NCBI GenBank assembly: GCA_028534125.1
Contig: CM052822.1
Location: forward strand, 63,612,001 to 63,676,000
From: Lama glama
Lineage: Eukaryota
Direction: 5' to 3'
DNA: 64,000 nucleotides
In this document: in pieces, positions 49,985 through 62,672 of the stretch
Numbering within the stretch: the first letter of the stretch is position 1
How the letters are laid out: every line of letters starts with the position of its first letter
The notes under the pieces: model-generated
What the model was told of the DNA's origin: nothing
What the model saw: only the letters and a program-made list of their open reading frames with translations
The model's database searches: none
Program-made: the position numbers and the translations under genes

Positions 49985-50044
49985 GTTCTCATGGTGGAGT
50001 AAGATGGAAGTAGACTTACACTGAGGTTCAATCAAGACCGTACA

Positions 50045-50225
50045 GTTTAGAAATTACTCTTACATGTGTTGACTTAGCTCATCCTCAAAAGCTACAGGGT
50101 GAAACAGGTATTATCCATGATTTACAGATGTTGCAACTGAGGCTCAGAGAAGTTATTGCCCAAGGACACAGCTGGAAAATTGTAGAGGCAAGGCTCAAAC
50201 TCAAGTCTCCTGATTTCATTTCTAG
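50045..50225 (-). mobile_element. MIR SINE
   Basis: tttacagatgttgcaactgaggctcagagaagttattgcccaaggacacagct. Confidence 0.8.
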
Positions 50226-50699
50226 ACAGATTCTAAGTGAGTAATACAATATTTTAAAGTCCCATTATGAAATCACACAATGTCAGGAGTTTACTTAAAA
50301 ATAATAAAGGGGGTAGTGAGTGAGCATAAGAATAAAATGTGATTGGCCACATGTTGGTAATTGTTGGCACTGGGTGAGGGGGTCTATGGAGGTTCACTGT
50401 GTTTTTCTCTACACTTTTGAATATTTTTGAGGATTTCCACTATAAAACATTAAATATAATCTCACAACTTTGTCAGCAGTTTTCCATCTCACAAGGTAAA
50501 ACTGTCCACTCAAGTGCATTATTCATGGCTACAGGAACCCAAGCCTTTGGAATCTAAATCTGCTTTTTCCTACTTTGCTTTTGAAGGTCATTACTTGCCA
50601 CAGAATGAGTGAGGTCATGGCAGGTGTCTTTGCTGTCAGGTTACACTGAGTATCTTCTGATGACAAGACCCTTTTCCGATGTGAGTCGACACGCAGGTC

Positions 50700-50930
50700 A
50701 TGCCGCGGCGTGGTGCTCCCTGGCACAGACTGCAGCCAAGACTGTCTGGGTTTGACCCTTGCCCCTGCCACTTACCAGCTACATTCCCTCTACAGGCCAG
50801 TTAACCTCTCTGTCCCTCAGCTCCACCATGCAGAAAGTAGGACAATGGTAGCACCTTCCTCCTAGGTTTTATTCAAAGACTGAATGAGCTAATATCGCTC
50901 AAAGACTTATGTCTGCATACAGTCAGTGCT
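50700..50930 (+). mobile_element. MIR SINE
   Basis: gcagccaagactgtctgggtttgacccttgcccctgccacttaccagct...ttaacctctctgtccctcag. Confidence 0.75.
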
Positions 50931-52199
50931 GTGTAGCTGTATATTGAATAAAACCTACCAGACTCTCTTTCTATGAGAAAGAATCAGCTTTTGGCTGCAT
51001 GTGGTTTTCTGGTTTCTTTGTCTTCCAATGCTGGAAGAGAAAGCAATAAGTAAATCCTTCATTCATTCAATAATCATTGAATCCCTGTTTCATATCTATG
51101 ATGATGATGATGATGATCATAAAGATGAGAGTCTTCAGCATCAAGGAACACAGTTTAGTTAGGAGATGTAGACCATTAACTAAATCAGTCGTTATTAAAA
51201 TTTACAAAGACATGGACCTTCAGAGAATTGTATGAAGGTTATGAATCTTCTCCACAAAATACTCATATGCATAAATTATTGGGTGTAATTTAACCCTAAG
51301 GATCCCTAAGATAAACAATTATAAACAGTACAATCAGTGCTATGATAGAGATGCTTACCTCTCTAGACTAATCTCTCTCCTCTACTCGCCAGTTCTACCA
51401 TCTTGTCTTCTTTCAGTTCTTGAATGAAATGATTTCCAAAATTTGGGTTATACACCTCAATTAGAAAACAACAAATGAAGATGCAAAAACCTTCTAGGCT
51501 TCTGTATATATACACACATGTATGAGTATATACTCTAAGGGATGCATATTTATTTATAAATTGTGCACATGCCTTGTTACCATTAACTAATGTATCAAGG
51601 TGAGAACCATAAACAGCAAAGTTCAACCTTAACAACAGAGGGCGCAAATCCACATTTCGAGCAGACTTGGTGACAATTTTGTATTCTTTTGGCAGTCTTC
51701 TTGTCAGGTCTGATTAAACCATTGTTTTCATCTCATAATGTGGTTGACATTGTATGAACTTGTATGAGGCAGTGTCAGATTAGAAGGAGATAATCTCATT
51801 CACTTGTACTTATATTATTAGCATTACCTTCACTCTGTGACTTCTTGGCAGGACCCCCTTTAAGCCATGTTTCATTTTGTGAGGGTCACGTTAGGCTAAG
51901 TAATACGCTCCGTGAGTTCATGTAACAGACACACATAAGCTGCATGGGAGGGCACAGCTGTTGCTCCTTCAGATACGTCATGGACTTTGGACTTTGTATG
52001 GCACGTGACCTTCTAACACTAAGGGAGTAGCTGGCTTCAGCCTGTTTATTAGATAATAGGAGAGCTTAATTTCTTTCTTATTCAGTTAGATTAAAAATTC
52101 AGCATAAGTAAATGAATATTTTCTTCCTGCTTCCTAAAGGGTTCTCTTGTGCACCCCTTGGGGAATAAGTTCCCTACTCTGGAAACAAGTGCTTAAAAA

Positions 52200-52895
52200 C
52201 ACCAGCCTTCCAGCTACAGAGTCTTTCCAATGCTGTGTTTGCTGCCTGGAACGCTTTTACTGCCCACTTGCTCTTGGCCTAATTCCTGCACTCTCTTCAG
52301 GATGTCTGATTTATCAATTCCTCTGGGCAGCTTTGCCTAACCCCCTGAAAAAGCAGATGGGAGACTGCTGTTCACTTCCCTAGCATTTCATCGTACAACA
52401 AATACCTGGTATGTGTCTGTCATGCCAGGTTTATCATGGTGAGCAAACTGTGCCTGGCCCAGCATTTCCAAGGCTTACAGGCTAGAGGAGTTAGTCGCCA
52501 TTAATCAAGCAGTGATACAAATACATATACAATTATAATTGTGTTAAATGCTTTTATGAAGTACAAAATGTGACAAAAGCATAAAGGAGAGGAATTTGAT
52601 CTAGCCTAGGGGAACTAATTGAGTTTAACCTGGAGGAGTACTAGACAAAGGGGAGAGAGAGTTTACCAGGGGGTGGGAATAGCATATAAAAGGCCCTGTG
52701 GTAGATGGGGGCATTCATTCTAACAGTTACTATATTTTTTATACTTCCTTGTAAAATTGTCTTTGCCCCTCATTAGATGCTCAGCTCTGTGAAAACAGAG
52801 ACCATCAGTCCTGTTCACTATTCTATCACCCTTGCCTAATAAAATGCCTGTTACATAGTAGCTGCTCAAGAAATGTTTGTTGAATGAATGAATGA
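52200..52895. mobile_element. L2 fragments in both orientations (plus ~52200-52390, minus ~52400-52710, plus 3' end ~52740-52895)
   Basis: tgcctggaacgcttt; agcatataaaaggccctgtggtag; terminal gctcaagaaatgtttgttgaatgaatgaatga (L2 tail). Confidence 0.7.
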
Positions 52896-53777
52896 GCACA
52901 TAGGAAAAGCAATTGCTATGTGCTCATTCATTCATTCTTGTAATGAAATATTTCACTACAAGAAGAAGCTGGAAGAAGTGAGGACAAGGAAGAGTGGGAG
53001 GTAATCAGAGGACAGCAGGAGTTATCCGGGTGTGCAAAGGACCTACAGGGACCCCCACCTGGTAGTGGCTCCAGCTTGGCACACACAGGACAGAAGGTGG
53101 CACAAAGGTGAGGCTGGAGAGGAAATTGCGCAGGGACAGGGAGAGCCCTGCACACTGGCCTTTGAAAGGTGTGACCAGTTGGAAAGTGTTGTTATACAGA
53201 TGCAGCAGTGAGGGCCCCAATATGGTGGGTGCAGTGAGGATGAAGAGAAGTGGGTATCGCCAGGTTGGGTGGGAGCAGGGCGACTAACTGAGAGGGGACA
53301 TGGAGGAGTGGCTGTGTGTGACAGGGCTGGAGATGATGGCTGCAGGGCTGGCCATGCCAAATTTGAGGTGCTTGGGACGTAGCCCCAGGTGTAAACTGTA
53401 GTGGATAAGATTGCTGGGTCTGAGGTCACTGTGTTTTCCCTACTCAGGGAGAGGAGCTCCTAGTCAGAGTACCGGATGGGATGCAAAAATGGGTAAGACT
53501 CTGCCCCTGTCCCCAGGTGGGTCCCAGTCTATGAGGGGCGAGATACACAAGTAGAATTACACATAAGGTGAAAAGTGTTAAGTAAGAGAGGACTGGATGG
53601 AAATTCAGAGGGGAGGGAGTCAAAATTGCTTCTGGAGGGGCCAGAGGAGGTGGGAATCTGCTTAGAAATGCCACACAGGGTAAAAGTCACGAGTCATCCA
53701 TACTTTGTGGCAGTGGCAGCTGGAAAATGTGGGTGTCTTGCTGGCGTTAACCTCAAAAAGCGAGTCCTTTAAAACCC

Positions 53778-53940
53778 AGATTCCATGGTGACTTTTAAAA
53801 ATAGCCCTTAGCGTGGAGCCTTTTTGAAAGTCTAAATAAATTACAATCATTGGTTTCCCCTTGTCCACACATTAATCTTCTCAAAGGCTGCGGCGCATTA
53901 ATCAGCCCTGCACTCTCCTTCTGGAATTGCTTCTCCCTGT
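53778..53940 (-). mobile_element. L3/CR1 LINE reverse-transcriptase relic
   Basis: Minus-strand translation VDKGKPMIVIYLDFQK...KSHHGI matches the CR1 RT motif VDxGxxVDxIYLDFxKAFDxVPH...KLxxHGI. Confidence 0.75.
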
Positions 53941-56319
53941 TAAGCTCTGCCGGTCTGCGGGCACCATCGATCCCATGCCCTGCCTGTGCCACGGTGGGGA
54001 GGAGCGGGCTCTGCCTGTGGTTCTCAGGGGGCCCTGTGGAGTCTCCCCCATGCTTGGGGTCCCATTGGAGTTTTCTGGCCCCCAGACATCAGGGCTCTCT
54101 GTGCTGACAGTCCACACACTGGCTGAGACTTGCACAATTTCACTGCCCCCTCTCCCAACCCCTCTAAAAGTGTCTGATGAGCCCCATGCCTTCCCAGGGA
54201 GATATTTACCTCTAGCTGAACAACAAGTAATTTGACACTACTTGGCTAGATAGCTCCAAACTACCTGCTTCGATAAATATTCTAGAAGAGATCCGGCCAA
54301 AGCATATGAGTCGTGTGGTTCTGCATCTCCCTCCCTCAGCCCAGGCACTGCCACCACCGTTACCTACTGCACCCTTGACTGGCCAGGTCAAATGACTTTG
54401 GTGCAGTCAAGTAGCATCCCATGCAAGGCTTGGGGGCTCCCAGCAGGGCATCCTTTGAATTATTTTTGCCTCTGTTGATCCCATTTTGCCCCATATCTGC
54501 CACATTTTCTGGGCCTCCTGGATTTAGTTGATCAGGCTTTCGCCAAATCTACAAAACGCACGATGCCCACACCCCCAGCCTCCCCGAAAGTGTTTGGCAT
54601 CTAGCCTGTCGGGGGTCCTGTGGGCTGGCTGGGCTGTCAGGGTGCAATTTCAGACGAATACAGACCAGGACTGCGTCAAGGACCGGTGTTGAGCGACATG
54701 ACGGGACAGAGATGGCCAGCCTTCCTTTACCCATTAGCCAGACACTTTTCCAAGCAATCTGAAAACTGCATCCCTAGACCCTGGTCCTTGGCGTTAGAGA
54801 GAAAATTTTTGAATTGACTCTAAGTCATTCTTATTCATCGTGACAAGGGGAGAGCTCTGAATATGAGGCATTGTTTGAATAGTTTCCTGAGTTTATTGTC
54901 ACCAAGACATGTTGGAATGGTCGAACCAGATGACGCGTACAGTCCCTTCCAGCTGTGAATACCGTGTTCCTTACAAGTGGTCTGACAAATGAGGGGCACA
55001 GCGGAAAGACCACCAGCCTTGACCTGGGAAGAGTCAGGGTTCCAACAAACCCAAGTTCCAGGTCTGGAACAAGTAGACACCAGGGCAGACTACCGCCAGG
55101 TAGAAGGCAAAATTTACCTTCAGGAATTTGGACTCAGAAATGGAACATCAATCTTCAGAGGATGAAGGATAAAGTGTTATCCTACTCTTGGAGAAGATTC
55201 CTTGGAACCACGGCTAATAGCCAGCTGGAACTGGGGCTCATGGCAAAGGCTTGGCCAGTTATTGTAAACGAGGGATCAAGATCAGGTAGGGACTAGTAAC
55301 CAAGGTTATTTGATGCCAGCTACTGGCTTTATGCTCTTAAATTTTTCCTACTTGGGTACAGGATGAAAAAGGTTGAATCTCAAATCTGGATTGGTGGCCT
55401 CCGTTGAAAAAAAAACAAGTGAGTTTCATTTGGTTATTAATGTTAATTTTGCAGCATGAACTTTGAAAATGCAGAGAGTGATTGAATCTCTGGAAACATC
55501 TGCACAGGCAGCAAAGCCAGCAGAGTGGTATTCAGGGCTGGCTTCTCTATCAGTATCTGGAATCATTCTCTGAGAACCTGTAAAGTGTGACTTTTCACAC
55601 AGATAGCACGAGGAAGACAGTGCTCAGCTGGCCGTGCCTGAGAGAGTTCTCTGAAGTCAACGCCAAAGATGTGCCATCAACCAGAGAGGAAAGAGGGACC
55701 TCAGATCACAGTTAAGCAATTCAGCATCTGAAGATCACCTCACCATGGGGTGATTCTGTGTCCCTTGTTTTGCAGAACACCTTGGAAGCTTAAAGCAAGA
55801 CAGGCGCCATGCTGCCCTAGAAACTTCTCTATTACTCCTTTTCTGCCTCCAGCTCTTACTACCCCTCATCCCAAGCTTGCTAAGCATCTCCCGCCCCATC
55901 CCCCTCTTGCTGTATCACTGCTTCCCGAGGGGAGCTTCAGGGAGGGTTGAAGAAGAGGTTGGATCCTCAGTTGGCTTCTGCTGGACCAGCCACTCATGAA
56001 CAGTATTCCTGATAGGAATTCCTGTTCTCACTGCAAGAATGCCAGTTTTGGTATCCCCCTCGAGCGCGCCCTTCCCTGGCTTGCCTACGTGGTGAGAGCT
56101 TCCCTTCTCACAGTGTGCTTTGGGGGAAGTGTGCATGTGTGTGCGTGGACATCCAGGTTCAGACATGCACACTCCAGTTTTAGCCTGCAGTGGATGGGGA
56201 GGGAGAGAGCAGACTGAAATCACAGCCAGATTATCTTTCTTCTCCCTCCTTCCTGACACATGCTCGTATAATGCCGTGAAGCTGGGAGCTGGGCTGGGGG
56301 TGGAAGCGTCCTGGACGAC

Positions 56320-56738
56320 CTGCTGGGAACTACCCACCAGGTGCCTCCTCCACACCTGGGCCTGACTTAGAGGACGAGGTTCTGAATTGGATGTTGGCAC
56401 TGTCATGGGCTGAGACATTTGCAGATTTGGGGAGAGGGGGAATACATTTTGCAACTGGGATGAATGCACATCCCAGGGGCCAGAGGGTGACAGCGCTAGG
56501 CAGCCTCCAAGAAGGCCCGTGACGATCCCTGCCTCCTGGAATGCACATCCTTGTAGAGCTCTCGCCCACGCTGTACCACATTTGGGCTGTTTGACCAGAG
56601 AATACATCAAAGGGATCCCTGTCCCTGTAATTTCTGACCCACAGAAACTGAGATAATAAATATTTGTTTAACATTTTGGGGTAACTTTAGGGTAAATTTT
56701 GGGGTGATTTTTTAGATGCAGCAATAGACACTGAATAC
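56320..56738 (+). mobile_element. MLT1 internal 3' end plus internally deleted MLT1E/F-like LTR
   Basis: Internal part ccacacctgggcctgacttaga...ggggccagaggg; LTR taggcagcctccaagaaggccc...gatccctgcctcctgg...ctgacccacagaaactgagataataaat...gcagcaatagacactgaataca. Confidence 0.75.
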
Positions 56739-57257
56739 ACTCAACATGGGGGTCTCTTGGTCACCAGCCTCCCATCCTCATCCCAGCAGGGAAGACAAAG
56801 AAGGGACCAACAGGCAAGTGGGGAGATGCCTTTACAAGAGAAGTTGCCAATCCCCGTTTCTCTCCACTGAGCAGGAACCGTGTGCATGGCTCTCCTGGCT
56901 GCACAGGAGGCTGGGGAATGTTGGAGGTTGATTTTGTTTTGTTTTTCAGCTCAGAAAATTACTGCCTGGAATTAAAATCAGGGTTCAGTCAGTAAGGGAG
57001 AGACGGAACGGATATTGGAAAGGCAATGATACTGTGTTAAAATAGATTTATTTCTGAGCGTGCTTCCCAGCCCTTTTCTCATCATGGGACCTAGAAAATA
57101 ATGCTTGTTTGGCAACCTTGGGTAAATGGAGAATGCTGCTTGTGGCCAAGGCAACTTTCTGGGGGACATGAGTTGACACGGGACCCACTGAGCTTCTCCA
57201 AGGGCTGAGAGCATCAATCCCTGTGGACCAGTAACCCATTCACCATAAAACGGAGCG

Positions 57258-57630
57258 GTCTCCTATGTGGAGCTTCTCAGAGAGCAGGACGCAGGACCTT
57301 TATTGAGTAGTGATTTCAAGAACATCACCTGTGAAGGGTGAGGGACAGAGGACCAGGCAAAGGGAGAAGTTGGGTGGCAATAAAATTGAGTCTGAGCTTT
57401 CAGCAGATCCTCTGGGGAGCTTTGGAGCGGGGATGGCTCTTCACAGTTGTCCCACTTTGAGATAGGATAGCCAGGACTTTATCGCCACCCTTCCCTGCCG
57501 CTGACTAATCACCAGATATGGGAGGGGATGTGGCCTTGGAAAGGGGGCTCTCTTATCTCTTAGGCTGAGGGCAGTCCCCAGATTGGGCTCCACTGAGAGC
57601 CATCCGCTTCATGACTCGCAGCATCTGGGG
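57258..57630 (-). mobile_element. ERVL-type LTR (LTR33-like)
   Basis: ctttattgagtagtg...atcacctgtgaaggg...cagcagatcctctggggagctttggagcggggatggctcttcacagttgtccc. Confidence 0.6.
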
Positions 57631-58077
57631 GAAGTGGTCCCTCAGTCCCAGAGTGGGCAGAGGGTCAGGGCAAAGCTCCCTGAATTTCACTTCTGCAGAC
57701 TTTGCAAGTTCTACGATCATGGAGAACTACCACGCCCTCCTGCAGAACCACCCTCGCTGGCTTGGTGAAAGCAGAAAACAGGAATGCGAGAAACGAAAGG
57801 TCTCACCCAGGGTGGCGTCCGTGGTGTTCTCATGTGAACTGGTGCCTCCACCAGTGATGAGTCCCAGAGACCAGCAGGAGTATCCTGCCCAATTTCGGCA
57901 GAGCTAGAGGGTTGACAAATGTGTTTCACCTGCTGTTTATCTGAATTCAGCCAGGCTCTCCTGCAGCATTAATTGTCATGAGCGTCAGGGAGCAAGAGGA
58001 AGCTGAGAGCCTGAAATGAGCTCCCAATTTGTCTTTGGAAAATTTTCTCCATTATGAGAATAGAAAGATTAAAGGGA

Positions 58078-58230
58078 TAATAATGCCTTACACCCGTATC
58101 ATGCTTTCCCACTAGCAAGGATCTTTCAGATGCATATTATCTTATTTGAGCCTCATGATAGCCCTGCGAGGTAGTTAGAATAGGAAGTATTATTCATCTT
58201 GGAGGTGAGAAAATTGTAACTTTGGAAACT
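58078..58230 (-). mobile_element. MIR SINE
   Basis: attatcttatttgagcctcatgatagccctgcgaggtag...tattattcatcttggaggtgagaaaattg. Confidence 0.65.
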
Positions 58231-58444
58231 TATGCCTCCACCTTCTATTACAAGACCGGGTTGTGCTTCTTGATTTTTTTTTTTCTTTTGACCAAAATCC
58301 TTTCCTTTCTCTCAAAATCCCAGAAGGCTAAAGCATGAAGGTAAGTGAGAAAAAGAATTTCCCTTCCCTGTGCATATCTGGTTTATAAAAACTTTCTCCC
58401 ATCTCTGAAGCTATAATATGAAGAAGCAGAAACTACCAACAAAT

Positions 58445-59450
58445 AAATATGGCGGCCGCCAACTTCTGTGAGTGCGTGGCTTACTTATTGTGCCTCTGCT
58501 GTATGCCATGGGGGTGGTAAAAAGGGTGAGTTAAAATCAGAGTTCTTGTGGTACTAACAGTCCAACACGGGACAGAGAGTAGGCAGAGGACTAAAACATT
58601 GGGAAAAAGGAGTGAAGCCCAACTTGGCAGGACTTTGGAGACGGCACAGATGCCGGAAAGCTTTACCAGAAGAGACAGCGTGAGAGCTGATCCCTAGGGA
58701 TGGGTCGTGTTTCCTCGACAGGGGATGAAACAGCAACAACGACCCCGGGGACCAGCGATAATCCCGGGCGGACTGAGTGCCGGGCTCGGGGCTGAAACGA
58801 AGGCAGTTCCATTCACCGTGTTCCTGAGGAATTCAGGTCCGTGTTTAGCCCGCCGCTCACCGGTCACCACCAGCCAGCCAACTGCACAGCCCATGCCCGC
58901 TTGCCTTCCCGTCGGCTTATTTATTCAGCCGTATTTTGTCTTTTCAACACTTCCTGTCGCATTTGATACGGCTATCACCGGAATTCTAAAGAAATGTTTG
59001 GCGGCAGCTTCCCTTAGGCTGGGATATCGCAGGATCTTGGGGGTTTTCAGGAGACACTCAGCCACAGATGTTCCCGTATCTGCACCAAGTCAGACGTCCT
59101 CTTTGCACAGAGGTGATCTATAAGCTTGTGCCCAGGAGAAACAGCAGGCCTTTGAATGGAGGTCCCCCCCCAAGAGTTGCCCATTTGTCTTGCTTTTTTG
59201 TTCCACCTTTATTCTACTCCTGGAGGGAACATTCCTAATAGGATTAATAAATGAAAAATGTAAATAATGTGACTACTGAAATATAGATTTTTCCAGGAAT
59301 GCATTTTGTTACTGGCTTTGTAGAAGCTAAGGCACAGGCTGCCACCTGTTCCATGGTTACTTCGCACACCGCCAGCGGGAGAGGAGTTCACAAAGTCAGA
59401 GCCAGAGCTCCCAGGAGTCACCGCCCTTAGGGGAAGCTGGCGGGAGAAGA
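58445..59450. promoter_or_regulatory. CpG-enriched candidate promoter/enhancer with YY1 motif
   Basis: AAATATGGCGGC (YY1) at 58445-58456; roughly two dozen CpGs in 58690-59000; ETS motif ACTTCCTG near 58949; no recognisable repeat. Confidence 0.4.
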
Positions 59451-60720
59451 GGTGCTGACTCTGGGAGCAGAAATAATCTCCAGCCATAAACTGGTGTCAC
59501 ATGGACACAAGTCTTGTATTGGTCCGAATGAGGACCCGATGACTAAACTCTAAATAGTCATTTGGAAACTGGGCAGGGGTGTGGGGGGTTGGACTTGAAA
59601 AGAGTAGGTGGGGAATGAAGGGGAGAGAAAGAGGATGATAATTGGTAAATGTGGCCGACCCTTAACAACTTTGGCTAATAGAGTACGCTTGCAGACTTGA
59701 TCACTTCGGGGAATTATGTGCAAGGCTGAATGAACCTGCGTACATTTTGGAAACGAGACTCCCTGGTGGAGAGAATCTCTCTTTGCATCATCGCAGTGGT
59801 CCTGCAGAGCTGGGCTAGGCAGCGGGGCAGGAGATTTCAAGTCTTAGCTGCCCATCACCTGCTCTGTGACCATTAGCATCTCTGTGCCTCTGTTTCCTCA
59901 TCAGTCAACTAAAAAGACTAGGTTTTCTGGTCTCCACAGTTGCTCAATCTTTTATGAATGATTCCACTTCAGAATCAAAAACTTTATAAAAGACTCCTTT
60001 GCTAGATTCATTCAGTGGCACAGTGGACATCACCTGGAGGAGAAGGACGTAGAGTCTGGTGTCCTTGCCTTCATCAGGAACATCCTCAGAAAGGGAAACC
60101 TGGAGACTCAGAGAGGAAACCTGAACAGTGAAGGGGTTCCAGCAGGAGCTGTCCCCTCCCCCAGGGAGGCCGTGGAGTGTGACTCCACCTCCTTTGCTGG
60201 AAAAGGAAAAATCCTGCGTCCGGTAGGGGCAGCCAGTCTCCACACGATGTCCCTCTGGTCTGTCCTTCCCTCTCTCCCGCCCTTCCATCCCAGGCTCTTC
60301 CTCCTCATTGTCAGAGATTTACATTTAGAGCAAGGCTGTCCGGGAGAGAGGCGTGTTTCTGGGAGCTGATCTTGACCTGAACCCAAGCAGGAGCTGGGAA
60401 GCAGCTCCCTGGCCAGGTGCTGGTGGGGGGAGGGGGTGGAGAGCTGGGTGGAGGTGGGATGGTTTCAGAATCACATGACATCTGCTGCAGGTTGGCATTC
60501 AGGGACGGGGCTTCCCAGGTGACTCTGAGCGGTGGATTTTGTAGGGACATTCTGAGGAGATGAACAGGGCCATTAGCCCAGAGTTTCCCATCACAGCCAG
60601 GGAGCCAAGAATGTCTGAGGCTATTTCTCTCCAAAAAGGCTCAAATTTCTTTGAACCTATTGTATCTCATTGGGAGAATGAACCCCTGCACCTCATTCAT
60701 TCATCACTCATTTATTCAGT

Positions 60721-60884
60721 GGGGAAGGTTATATAGCTCAGTGGTAGAGGGCGTGCTTAGCATGTGTGAGGTCTTGGGTTCAATCCCCAGGTCCGCCATT
60801 AAATAAATAAGCAAATAAATAAGCCTAATTACCTCCTCACCATCACCAAAAAAAAAAAAAAAAAAAACCTTGAGAAGAAAAAAA
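60721..60884 (+). mobile_element. Camelid tRNA-derived SINE (Vic-type), inserted in an antisense L2 tail
   Basis: ggggaaggttatatagctcagtggtagag (A box)...gggttcaatcccc (B box)...aaataaataagcctaattacctcc plus A-tail; flanked by (TCAT)n L2 tail sequence. Confidence 0.88.
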
Positions 60885-62149
60885 CTTCATTCATTCAACA
60901 AGCAGGAATTGTGTCTGCAGTGTACTAGGCGCTGTGGACCCCCATGGATTCCCTGAGATTCTATATAAAAATCCCTGCTCTCAAGAAGCTTATGTTCCAG
61001 TGGAAGAGTCCACAGGATGCCAATGCATCTGGATTTGACTGTTAACCAATCCAGGGCAGCAAACGCCCAGCTGGTGAGTGGCCGTGGGGAAGCCACACAG
61101 TGCAACCCTTCCAGGCTGCAGTTACGTGACCTTGACATCCACAGTTTAGTATTAAGCAAATCAATCAAATTGTTCCTCAGCAGCATGCCACCCAAACTGG
61201 TCATCAGTTAACTGAGTTTTCCTTGCTAAGGTGGATCTGGAGTCCTGAGAGAGGTCTGCTGTGAGGCAGAGGAAGGGGGCGTGAACAGCACTGGTCTCAG
61301 ATGCTACCCACGGTGGGGTCAGGTGTCCAGCTGGTGGCTCATGAAGACCAGTGAGGTGAAAGAGCCCAGCAGGCATTTTAAATAAACTAGGCTGCCCACC
61401 CGAAAGGACCACGTGCCTACTGTCTCCACCCCCTGCCGGGGAGGGGGGCAGACTGAGTTCAGCAGCCTCTACACCTCACTTCTCACAGTTTTGCTCATTC
61501 TCCTTCCTCCCAGATCAGACCTACTTAATTGTCCTCCTAGTGACGCTAAGCACTTCCTAAATGTGGCCCCTTTTAAGTTCTTTTTGTCCCTTAGTTAACC
61601 TGGAACCACCCTGCCTGTGCCTGCATTAGATATAAGAGATGGGTCAAGACAGCTAGGACATAGATACTGTGCGTACCCCATGTAGCTCCTGTTGGATGCC
61701 CCCTCCAGTGTCTTTGGGGCGGTAGCAGGGGTGAGGGGCACAGGTGATGAGTCCGCAGGTGTGAGAGAGACGGAAGACGTCCTAAGGACACTGAAGGAGG
61801 TGTGGGCCTCTGGGCCTTCGTCCTGGTTGGCTCAGATATCGTCTGTTGTTGCTTCATTGATTTTAGCCGCTGATGGGGCTATGTTTGCCATTCATTGAAA
61901 AGCACTACATTTCCCTTCCTCTCATTTATGTTTTAATCTGCTCTGCCCTTGGCAGTAGAAGTGAATCTCTGTGTCCCTGGCTTGGCAGCTGGGGGCTCAA
62001 TATTTTCCTTCCCGAATGCAGGGGGAGGCGCACCTACTCATCTATTTGTCCAAAACAGAATCGCTGGCAAATCTGCATTGTTATCCCTGTTTGATCAGTG
62101 AGTGAGCAGAGATGCTGCTGTGTGCAGAAAGAGTGCGGGATCTGGCGAG

Positions 62150-62280
62150 ATCTCTCTGAGCCTCATTTTCCTCCAGCCTGCCATCTTCCCTCATAGGAGA
62201 CATAAAATACAGGATTATGGTGAGGATTCAATGTGAGGACGTCAGGTGTGTGGCACATGGGAGGTCATCAACAAATTTTC
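62150..62280 (+). mobile_element. MIR SINE
   Basis: ctctctgagcctcattttcctc...caggattatggtgaggattcaatg...tggcacatgggaggtcatcaacaaat. Confidence 0.6.
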
Positions 62281-62653
62281 GGTCTCTTTCTTCCACGGGT
62301 GTGTAAACTCTGCCTTAGGGCCTAAAGAGAGGCAGAAAAATGACTCCCTGTGACGCTGAGGTGTGTGTCCCCCCTCCCTCCCAACTAGATTGTCACTGGT
62401 CCCAGTCTTTGTTGGGGCTTGGGACCGTCTTTATCCAAAATGTGTCCCCGAAACCAGTGGTGAGGGTGAGAATTTCGAAATGCAATCCCCTTTCCAGGCT
62501 CCTCATTGTGTCACTGTCTACCTGAATCAGAGATTATAACAGAGGATGAAAAACATATCAGAACGGCAACAAATATTCACTCTAAACCATCAGCAAAATT
62601 GAATAGGGACTTTCAGGATCCCAGCAAACTGACCAGAAATGAAGAGTGGAGCA

Positions 62654-62672
62654 ATGGCGCCACCACGTGGTG
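62654..62672 (-). promoter_or_regulatory. CTCF motif
   Basis: Minus strand CACCACGTGGTGGCGCCAT. Confidence 0.55.

Noticed and set aside
54940-55300. Possible very old LTR-like relic (similar impression at ~13120-13470, ~18060-18290 and ~7240-7550)
   Set aside because: I cannot match them to a family or define termini with enough confidence.
55915-56610. Longest ORF in the track (231 aa, minus)
   Set aside because: Largely antisense to an MLT1 internal/LTR relic, with no recognisable domain; consistent with a chance ORF.
60420-60460. G-quadruplex-capable G-runs (also ~29930-29980)
   Set aside because: Common in mammalian DNA, with no supporting context.
60721-60795. Possible tRNA gene
   Set aside because: It is the head of a SINE with SINE body and A-tail; the acceptor stem is not intact.
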